64,000 nucleotides of DNA. Source: Verrucomicrobiota bacterium (GTDB taxonomy: Bacteria > Verrucomicrobiota > Verrucomicrobiia > Limisphaerales > JAFGQR01). The notes under the pieces are model-generated. The model did not search any database, was not told the origin of the DNA, and worked only from the letters and a program-made list of their open reading frames with translations. The position numbers were made by a program, and so were the translations under genes. Positions 1 through 8,900 of this stretch are shown piece by piece. Location: assembly GCA_016935555.1 (NCBI GenBank), contig JAFGQR010000022.1, positions 15,415 to 79,414 on the forward strand. Reading direction: 5' to 3'. Every line of letters begins with the position of its first letter. Position 1 is the stretch's first letter.

Positions 1-1
1 G

Positions 2-868
2 GTGCTGCTGATGGAAATCGCCAACCGGGGCGCCGGCGAGCGGCAGGCGGACTTGCCGCCATGGCTGGCCGAAGGCCTGCTGGCGGAGATGCAGACGACG
101 ATGCTGGAGAGCCTGACGCTCGAGCCGCAAACCGGCATGGTCCGGCACGGCCGGCGCCGCCATCCCCTTGCCGGCCCCCGCGAATGCCTGCGGACCAACA
201 CACCCTTGACGTTTGACCAGTTGAGCTGGCCGGTCCGGGGCGGCGCGGGCGACGCGGACGCCCGGCTTTACCGGCATTGCGCCCATCTGTTCGTTCATGA
301 GCTGCTCGGCCTGCGCGACGGGCCCGGCCGGCTGCGGGATCTGCTGCGGCAGGCCCGCGACGCGCGCAACTGGCAGACGGCCTTTCTGCGCGCGTATGCG
401 CGGCATTTTCCGCGGCTGCTGGATGTGGACAAATGGTGGTCGCTCGCCGTGGTGGATCTGACCGGCAAGGATCCCTTCTCGCTCTGGCCGGTGGCCGAGA
501 GCCATGCCCACCTCCACCAGATTCTTCTGACCCACGCCGAGGTGCGGTCAAGTCCCGGCGAATTGCCCGTCGCCACCCAGGTCACCCTTCAGCAATTGAT
601 TGCCGACTGGGACCCGGCCCGGCAATGGCCCGTCTTGCGCGACAAGCTGACGCAGCTGGCCGCGGTGCGTCCGCGGGTGGTGCCCGGCGTGGCGCGATTG
701 GTGGACGGCTATTCCGAAGCGCTCCGGACCTACCTTGGCGATCAACCTGCCGGCGGCCCCAGGAAATCCGCGCCGGTCAGGCGCGTCCTTCAGAGGCTGG
801 ACGCGCTGGATGCGGACCGGGAACGGCTGTGGCGAGCGGCAGTGGAAGGGCGGGACGAAGGGACCTGA
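2..868 (+). CDS. Conserved hypothetical protein, 5'-truncated; weak gluzincin/peptidase-MA-like character
   Basis: Open from the window edge. PPWLAEGLLAE and downstream Y..A..FVHEL segments resemble peptidase-MA/DUF1570-type proteins. Confidence 0.55.
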   Translation: MLLMEIANRGAGERQADLPPWLAEGLLAEMQTTMLESLTLEPQTGMVRHGRRRHPLAGPRECLRTNTPLTFDQLSWPVRGGAGDADARLYRHCAHLFVHELLGLRDGPGRLRDLLRQARDARNWQTAFLRAYARHFPRLLDVDKWWSLAVVDLTGKDPFSLWPVAESHAHLHQILLTHAEVRSSPGELPVATQVTLQQLIADWDPARQWPVLRDKLTQLAAVRPRVVPGVARLVDGYSEALRTYLGDQPAGGPRKSAPVRRVLQRLDALDADRERLWRAAVEGRDEGT

Positions 869-911
869 GGAACGCCGGGGACCCCCGGGTTCCGCGGGTC
901 TGGCGGGTGGT

Positions 912-941
912 CCCTGCCGTCCTTGCGCCGGGACGGCAGGG
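912..941. terminator. GC-rich hairpin between convergent genes
   Basis: ccctgccgtcc (912-922) pairs with ggacggcaggg (931-941); no clear U-tract. Confidence 0.35.
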
Positions 942-969
942 GTGGCGAACGGACCCTAATGGGTTCGGG

Positions 970-2664
970 CTAGCGTTTGCGGTCGGGGCCGTCGTCGTCT
1001 TCGGGGCGGACGGCGACTTCGGCGGCGTCGAAGGCGTGTTGGAGGGCGACGAGGTCTTCGCCGGGTTTGAGGGAGTCGAGGAGGGCCTGTTCGGCTTTGA
1101 GTTGTTCTTGCGAATAGTTGGCGGCTTTGATGGACAACCCGATGCGGCGTTCGGTCTTATCGATCTTGATGACGCGGGCGGTGACTTCCTGGCCGACTTT
1201 GAGGACGTTCTTGATTTTCTCGATGCGTTCCTCGCTGACCTGGGAGATGTGGACCAGGCCGTCGATGTCATGCTGCAAGCCGACGAAGGCGCCGAAGCTG
1301 GCGAGTTTGGTGACCTGGCCGGTGACGAGGTCGCCGACCTTGTAGAACTGGTCGATGTTTTCCCAGGGATCGACGCTGAGTTGTTTGATGCCCATGGCGA
1401 TGCGCTGGCTGGTCTTGTCGATCTCCAGGACCACCGCCTCCACTTCCTCGCCTTTCTTCAACACTTCGGACGGGTGGTTGATCTTGCGTGTCCAGGAAAT
1501 GTCCGAGACATGGATCATGCCGTCCATGCCTTCCTCGAGTTCGATGAACGCGCCGTAGCTGGTGAGATTGCGGATCTTGCCCTTGATCCTGGTGCCGGGC
1601 GGGTATTTCTCCTGGGCCTTTTCCCAGGGATTGACTTCCAGTTGGCGAATGCCAAGGGAGATTTTTTGTTCTGCGACGTTGATGGCGAGCACGACGGCCT
1701 CGATTTCCTGGTCCTGCTTGAGCACGTCGGATGCCTTGGCGATGCGTTTGGTCCACGACAGTTCGGTCACGTGCACCAGGCCCTCGACCCCGGGCTCGAT
1801 CTCCACAAACGCGCCGTAGGGCACGAGGTTGACGACGCGGCCCTTGAGGCGCTGGTTGACGGAATACTTCTTGTCGATGTTCTCCCACGGGTTCTGCTGT
1901 TTCTGCTTGAGCCCGAGGCTGACGCGTTCCTTTTCCTTGTTGATGTCGAGCACGACGACGTCGACTTCCTGGCCGACTTTCAGCATTTCGGACGGATGCC
2001 CCACCCGGCCCCAGCTCATGTCCGTGATGTGCAGCAGGCCGTCCAAACCGTTGAGGTCGATGAACGCGCCGAAATCCGTGATGTTCTTGACCGTGCCCTT
2101 GCGGATGTCGCCGGGGGTCATCTCCGCCAGGAGCTTCGCGCGGCGCTCGGCCCGTTCGTGCTCGATGAGTTCGCGGCGGGACAGGACGATGTTCTGCCGT
2201 TCCTCGTTGATCTTGACCACCTTGAACTCGTAGGTGTTGCCCACAAACGACTGCAGGTTGCGCGGCGGCGCGATGTCCACCTGCGACGCCGGCAGGAAGG
2301 CTTCGACGCCGATGTTGACGATCAGGCCGCCCTTGACCATCGACTTGACCTTCCCGCTCACCTTGCCCCCCTCGTTGCAAATCGTCTGGATCCGGTCCCA
2401 GTTCTGCTTGAACTCCGCCTTCTCCTTCGACAACACCACCATCCCGTCCCGATCCTCCAGACGCTCGATCAGCACATCCACCTCGTCCCCGATCCGCACC
2501 ACCTTGATGTCCTCAAACTCGCCCGCCGGGATGACCCCCTCGCTCTTGTAGCCGATGTCCACCAAAACTTCCTTCGGCCGGACTTCGATGACGATGCCTT
2601 TGACGATTTCACCGGCGGCGAACTTGAACTGGCTCTGCCGCAGGGCTTCTTCCATTGTAACCAT
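970..2664 (-). CDS. rpsA: 30S ribosomal protein S1
   Basis: Six S1 repeats (GTVKNITDFGAFIDL, GLLHITDMSW, GLVHVTELSW, GMIHVSDISW, GLVHISQVS). Start set at ATG 2664 (MVTMEEAL). Confidence 0.97.
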   Translation of the reverse strand: MVTMEEALRQSQFKFAAGEIVKGIVIEVRPKEVLVDIGYKSEGVIPAGEFEDIKVVRIGDEVDVLIERLEDRDGMVVLSKEKAEFKQNWDRIQTICNEGGKVSGKVKSMVKGGLIVNIGVEAFLPASQVDIAPPRNLQSFVGNTYEFKVVKINEERQNIVLSRRELIEHERAERRAKLLAEMTPGDIRKGTVKNITDFGAFIDLNGLDGLLHITDMSWGRVGHPSEMLKVGQEVDVVVLDINKEKERVSLGLKQKQQNPWENIDKKYSVNQRLKGRVVNLVPYGAFVEIEPGVEGLVHVTELSWTKRIAKASDVLKQDQEIEAVVLAINVAEQKISLGIRQLEVNPWEKAQEKYPPGTRIKGKIRNLTSYGAFIELEEGMDGMIHVSDISWTRKINHPSEVLKKGEEVEAVVLEIDKTSQRIAMGIKQLSVDPWENIDQFYKVGDLVTGQVTKLASFGAFVGLQHDIDGLVHISQVSEERIEKIKNVLKVGQEVTARVIKIDKTERRIGLSIKAANYSQEQLKAEQALLDSLKPGEDLVALQHAFDAAEVAVRPEDDDGPDRKR

Positions 2665-2859
2665 AATGCTGATAACTCGACTGCTTTCGTACTGCGCGGT
2701 GGGAGGCTGGGTCCGGGCGCACGCGCCCGGCGAAGTCTCCATTGCCTAACCGACCGAACGTTGCGATGGCAACGGAGGGTTGAGTGTTAGGTTGCACATT
2801 GACCGATCATTTCTCAGCCGCATTGAGCGTCCGCACACGCGGCGCCCCGGCAAGCAGGG

Positions 2860-2887
2860 AGAATACGGGCGGACTCCGGGGAATCAA
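2860..2887 (-). promoter_or_regulatory. Putative sigma-70 promoter for rpsA
   Basis: Minus strand reads TTGATT-N16-TATTCT about 200 nt upstream of the rpsA start. Confidence 0.4.
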
Positions 2888-2958
2888 GGCAAAACTCCCG
2901 AAAACCTGCGGCGGGCGGTTTCGAGCAGGGTGACGTGCCGGGTGCGGAGGACTTGTTG

Positions 2959-5900
2959 TCAGAGGCTGGCGGGCTGCGTTTCGATGGGGTCGCGAAGCGC
3001 AACCAACCCGTGGGTTGTGTGGGGGCGGCCGGACGCGGGAGCGGGCAGCGCCCGCGTGTCGACGTTGCCGTTGGGGGCGAGGGGCAACGTGGGGACGATC
3101 ACGACCTGGGCCGGCACCATGTATTCGGGCAGATGCCGGCGCGCGAGTTCCCGCAGCTCGGCCGCGGCGGGGGCGGTGCCGGGTGCGGGCACGGCGTAAG
3201 CGACGAGGCGGGTGTCGCCGGTGGGGTTCACGTGGGCGACGACGGCGGTTTGGCGGACCTCGGGGTGCTGCGCGAGGGCCGTCTCGATTTCGGCCAGTTC
3301 AATCCGGTGGCCCTGCCATTCGACTTGGCGGTCGTGGCGTCCGAGGCAGTCGAGGGTCCCGTCGCTGCGGTAGCGGGCGTGGTCGCCGGTGCGGCAGAGT
3401 TGCGCGTCGGGCTCGCCCCGGAAAGGGTTGGGGACGAACCGTTCCCGGGTCAGCTCCGGCCGGTTCCAGTAGCCGCGGGCGAGGCCGTCGCCACCAATGA
3501 ACAACTCGCCCGGAACGCCCACGGGCACGGGCTGCATGGCGGCATCGAGCAGGTAGAATTGGGTGTTGGCCAGGGGGCGCCCGATGGGCACGGGTGTTTC
3601 GGGGCTGCGCACGGGGTGGAGGGCGGACGCGATGGTGGTTTCCGGGGGACCATAAGCGTTCCAGAGTGCGCCCACGCGCTCAAGCAGCCTGCGGGCGAGA
3701 TCGGGCGGGCAGGTTCCGCCGCTGCAGAGGGCGCGCAGGGAGGCGTGGCCGGCCCAGCCGGCCTGGAGCAGCCGTCGCCACGTGTCCGGGCTGGCCTGCA
3801 TGAGGGTCACCCCGTGCGCCCGGATCAAGGCGTCCAGCCGCCGTCCGTCCAGGGCGTCGTCGCGCGAGGCGATCGCGATCCGGGCGCCGTTGGCGAGGGG
3901 CAGGAAGATTTCGAGCCCGGCAATGTCCAACGACAGCGCGGCGATCGCGAGGAGGACGTCGTCGGGGCGGACGCTGAGGAGCGATTGGGCGGCGCCGAGG
4001 AAATTGACCACGGCGCGGTGGGGGATCATGACGCCGTTGGACTTGCCGTTGGAGCCCGGGGTATAGAGCACATAGGCCAGGTTGCCCGCACACGGCCCGC
4101 GCCGCGCAGCCCCCGGCGTGTCGGCTCTCGGGAAGGGAGTGTCGGGAGGAGGAAGGCCGGGTTCGGGGCGTCGGGTGACGACGACGCAATCTTCGAGGCA
4201 GAGGGCGTGCGGGGCGGGCAGGTGCAGGCGTTGTTGGAGGGGCCGCTCGGTGAGCAGGAGGGGGGCACCGGAATCGGCGAGCATGAACGCGAGGCGTTCC
4301 CGGGGCAACGCCGGGTCGAGCGGGAGATAAGCCCCGCCGGCTTTGAGAATGGCGAGGAGGGCCACGACCATTTCGGGCGACCGTTCGAGATGCACGGCGA
4401 CGAGCGTGTCGGGGCCCACGCCCTGGTTCTGGAGGCGGCGTGCGAGCTGGTCGGCGCGGGTGTTGAGGTCGCGATAGGTAAGGCGGCGTGCGCCCATTTC
4501 GACGGCGATGGCGCCGGGGGTTTGGGCGGCCTGGCTTTCGACGAGTTGATGGAGGCAGCGGTCTTTGGGGCGGGCCTGGTCGGTGGCGTTCCATTCGATG
4601 AGGATCTGGTCGCGTTCCTCGGGCGTGAGCAGCGGCAGGCGGGCGAGCCCCTGGTCGGGTTGCGCGCACGCCCCGTCGAGCAACGTCTGGTAATGGCCGA
4701 GCATGCGCCCGATGAAATCCGCCTCGAACAAATCGGTCTTGTATTCGAGCGTCACGCTCAGCGCGTCGCCCTCCTGCCGGAGGCGGCAGGCGAGGTCAGC
4801 CATGGCGGTGCCGACCTCGACTGTGCAGGGGCTGACGGTGAGGCCGGGCAGGAGGGGATCTTCGTGCGTGAGGTTTTCGAAAGCAAACAGCACCCGTAAC
4901 AGGGGGCTGGGGCCGGGGTCGCGACGGGGATTGAGCGCGGCGACGAGTGGTTCGAATGGCAGTTCGGCGTGGGCGGAGGCGTCCAGCGCGACGCTGCGTT
5001 CGCGGCGCAGCAGTTCGCGGAAGCCAAGGTCGCCGGAGAGCCGGGTGCGAAGCACGAGGGTGTTGGCGAACAGGCCGATCAGTCCCTGGGTTTCGGGCCG
5101 GGGGCGGTTGGCGACGGGGGTGCCGACGGCGATATCGTCCTGGTGGCAATAGCGGTGCAACAGGGCTTTGAACCCGGCCAGCAGCACCATGAAGAGAGTG
5201 GCGCCTTCGCGCTCGGCGAGGGCCGTCAGGGCCGTCACCAGGGGCGCCGGCAGCCGCCGGCTCAGGCTGCGCCCGTCGCAGGTCAGGACGGCGGGCCGGG
5301 GCTGGCGGGTGGGCAGGTCGAGAGGCGGCAGTTCGCCCTGCAGTTGGCCGCGCCAATACTCCAGAGCGGCCGCCCAGCCGGAGTCTTGGGCTTGTTGCCG
5401 CTGCGCCAGCACCCAGTCGGTGTAATGGAGCGCCAACGGCGCCAGATCCGGCGCGGCGCCGGCCGAGAGCCGCGCGTAGAGACGGCCGAGTTCTCCTGCC
5501 AGTATGCCCCGGGACCAGCCGTCGCAGATGACCCGATGCAGGCTCACAGCCAGGACGTGATCGTCTTCGGCAAGCCGCAGCAGTCCCGCCCGAAACAGCG
5601 GCCCCCGCGCCACATCGAATGGCCGCCGGACGAATTCGGCGGCCCATGGGACCGCGTCCGCCTCGCGGGCCGCGCGGACCACATCCAGCTTGAACCGGCT
5701 GCGCCGGCCCACCGGTGCCACTCGTTGCACGACCCGCTCGCCGTCGAGCCGGAACGTGGTGCGGAGGGGTTGGTGACGGCGGACAAGCTCACGGAAGGAT
5801 TGCTCGAGCGCGGCGACGTTCAAGGGTCCGCGGAGTCGGACGACCCAGGGAATGTTGGGGACGGGCGTGCCGGGGCTTGAGCAATGGGGCAGGCACAATG

Positions 5901-8900
5901 CTTCCTGGGCGAAGGACGCGGGGAATTCGCCGTGGGGCGGGGGAGCGGGAGCGGCTGCGGGCATCGCGGCGGGAGCGGCCTCGGGATTGGGGCAGGGCGT
6001 TTGCCGAGGCGTCGGCGCACGATCGTTCTGGGGAATCTGGCCATCGGGGGTGGTGAGCGGGGCGGGGCGCTGGAGGAGGCGACACTGGGTGGGAACGCCG
6101 AAGCGGTCGGGGAGGGCGGGCAATTCGAGGGAGGCGGGTGGCAGATGGTGGGAGGCGGTGTACGACCCCTGGAGGAAGGGGGTGGAGAGCGCGGGGTCTG
6201 GCGCCGCCTGGCGGATGAGGGGGTGGGAGGCGTCGAGGCCGACGAGGGCGGACGGATGTTGGTGGGCGAGGAGGATCTCGAGCGACTGGAGGCCTCGGTG
6301 AGCCGATGCCGGCAGGAAGCCCCGGGCTTGGGCGGAGGCGGCCCTGGGATAACGGCGGTTCATGCCCAGGTCGCGCCACATGCTCCAATGAATGCAGGCG
6401 GCGCGCCTCCGGCCGTGCCGCTGTTCGGCCAGCACGAAGCTGTCCAGGAACCGGTTGGCGGCCGCATACGCGGCGTAGCCTGGCTCGCCGAAGAACGCGT
6501 TGACGGACGAGAACCCCACGAAGAAGGCGCCGGGGTGGCGGTGCAGGAGGCGTTGCAGGGCCACGGCGCCGCCAAGCTTGGGCCGCAGCGTGGCGCGGAA
6601 GGTTTCGCGTGTTTCGGCGAGCAACGGGCGTTCGGGCGCGAGCCCGGCCAGGTGGAGCACGCCGTCCAGGCCGCATTGCCAGCGGCGGCGGGCTTGGGCG
6701 GCGGCGGCTTCGAGCTGCGATTCATCCGCGACATCGGCTTGGCCATAGATCACCTCGCCCCCGAGAACCGCCATCGTCCGCAGTGCCGCGGCGGCTTCGG
6801 TCTTGGAGAGGCGATCCGTGAGCACCAAGCGCGCGCCATATTTTTGCAGCAGGTGCCGCGCGAGTTCCTGCCCCACCCCACCCAGGGCGCCGCTGACAAG
6901 ATAGCAGCCCTGCGGGCGGAAGGCGCTTGCGGCCGCCGGCTCTTCAAAGGCCACACGCCGAAGCTCGGGCACCCAGCGCGCCCCCTGCCGGTAGGCGACT
7001 TCGGCGTCGGCGCACGGGCTGCGCCATTCCGCGCCGACGATCCCGGCGAGAGTCCGGACGCCGGCGGCGCCATCCTCGTCGGCCTCCGCATCCGGAAGGT
7101 CGATGTGGGCGCACTGGAGCCAGGGCAGTTCCTGGGGAATGGATTTCAGCAGGCCCAGCATCCCCGCGTGCAGGCAGTTGCGCGGATCGTTTTGGGAGAC
7201 GGGTTGGACGGCGGTGGAGACTGCCAGCAGGCGCACAGGCATGGAGTGATCCTGGTGGCGGGCGAGAGCCTGGGCGAGCAGGAGGATGCTGACGGCGCCG
7301 AGGTCTTGGGCATCGAGCGCCTGATCGCCGGTGAGACCGCCGACGAGGCCCGGCGTCGCGGCCTGGGTGCATGTCCACAAATGCACGATGCCGCGCACGG
7401 GATGCCCGGCGGCGCCGAGGCTGGAGACGAGCTGTGCGTAATGATCGGGCGCGCGCGGGTCGAGGCGCACGTGGCCTGGGCGGACTTGGTGATAGGTGTG
7501 GCCGGGTTCCACGACGAGGGTAGGGATGGGCAGGTGTTGCGCGACGGCCTGCCCGACGGCCAGGTTGCCGGCAAAGACCACGGCGCACCCGGCTTGCCCC
7601 CCGGCGGGGGCTCGAACGGCGCTGCGTCCGGCTCCCGGCATGACGCCGGGGTCCGCCTCGGCGCAGGCTGCAGACGCGCGGGCGCCAGCGTGCGCCCCTG
7701 CGCCCGGAGCGATGCACGAGGGGCGCGGGTTTTTCCGAATCCAGACGCGTTTGAAGAACCAGTCCGGGACGGTATTGGCATTGGCGGCGAGGACATCCAT
7801 CTGCTGCCGCGTCGCGTCGAAATCGCCCCGCTCGAACCGCGTTTTAAGTTGGGCGCGCCCCGTTTGACCGGGGGGCGTCTTGGGGAGGTCGCCGGGGCCT
7901 AACGGGATGACGACCGCGGGGGTGGCGCCAGTTTGCTGGAGGACGCGGCTGCGGATGTTCCGGGCGAGGGGTGGCCAGTCATGGGGATTGCGGCTGGCGG
8001 GGGCGAAGAAGACGGCGAGGGTGTCGGCATGGGCATGGGGCATGCGGACGGCGCAGGCGGCGGTGAAGCCGGGCTGGAGGCCGGGAACTTGTTCGGCGGC
8101 GGCTTCGATTTCGCGGCTGTGGCAGGGGACGCCCTGGATGACGAGGCGTTCCTCTGCGTGGCCGGTGACGGTGAGGCGGCCGTCGCGGATTCGGCCGACG
8201 TCGCCGGTATCGAACCAGCCGTCCGGGGTGAAGGCGTTGCGATTGAGTTCGGGCTGCCCGTAATAGCCGCGGGTGACGGTCAAGCCCCGGATTTGGACGC
8301 GGCCGATGACGCCTTCGCCCACGACGCGGCCGTCCCCGGCGGCGATGCGCAACGCGTTGCCGGGGATGGGGGCACCGACTTCGACGAAGGGATCGTCGTC
8401 GCGGCTGGTTTCGAGGGTGAAACGGTGGGAGCACGTGGTGCTGGAGCCGGTTTCCACCATGCCCCACACGGGGTGCATGGCGCGGAGGCCGTGGGGCTGC
8501 AGCAACTGCAGGAAGCGGCGGGCGGTGCGGGTGACGATGGTCTCGCCGCCGCAGAGGACGTAGCGGAGCCGGGACAGGTCCCAGCGATGCTCGGCGAGCG
8601 CGGCGGCGCAGTCGTTGACCAGGCCGAACGCGGTGTTGGAGCCGAACGTGACGGTGACGCGGTAGGTTTCGAGCCAATCGAGCCACTGAAGGGGATGCTC
8701 AAGAACGAGGGTGGGGGGGGCATGGATCTGCTGGCACTGCACGTGGGTGTCGCGAAGGTGGAAGTCGATGATGCCGGCGGCGTGGTCCAGCGGCATCCAA
8801 TTGAGGCTCACGTCATCGGCCGTGAGCCCGTTGAGTTGGACGCAGCCGAGCGTGCGGCTGATGAGGTTGCGATGACTGAGCATGACCAGCCTGGGCAGTC

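Noticed and set aside
433-2790. 785-aa + strand ORF, and similar long antisense ORFs (2935-4899, 5884-7902, 9532-11640, 18453-21131, 41047-44391, 47654-49318, 49743-51674, 59407-61959)
   Set aside because: Shadow frames opposite well-supported genes; expected in high-GC DNA and lacking recognisable motifs.
2884-2961. TGA read-through or recoding restoring the NRPS carrier domain
   Set aside because: The downstream frame lacks the GGxS attachment motif and stops after about 24 codons; TGA is a normal stop for many genes here.
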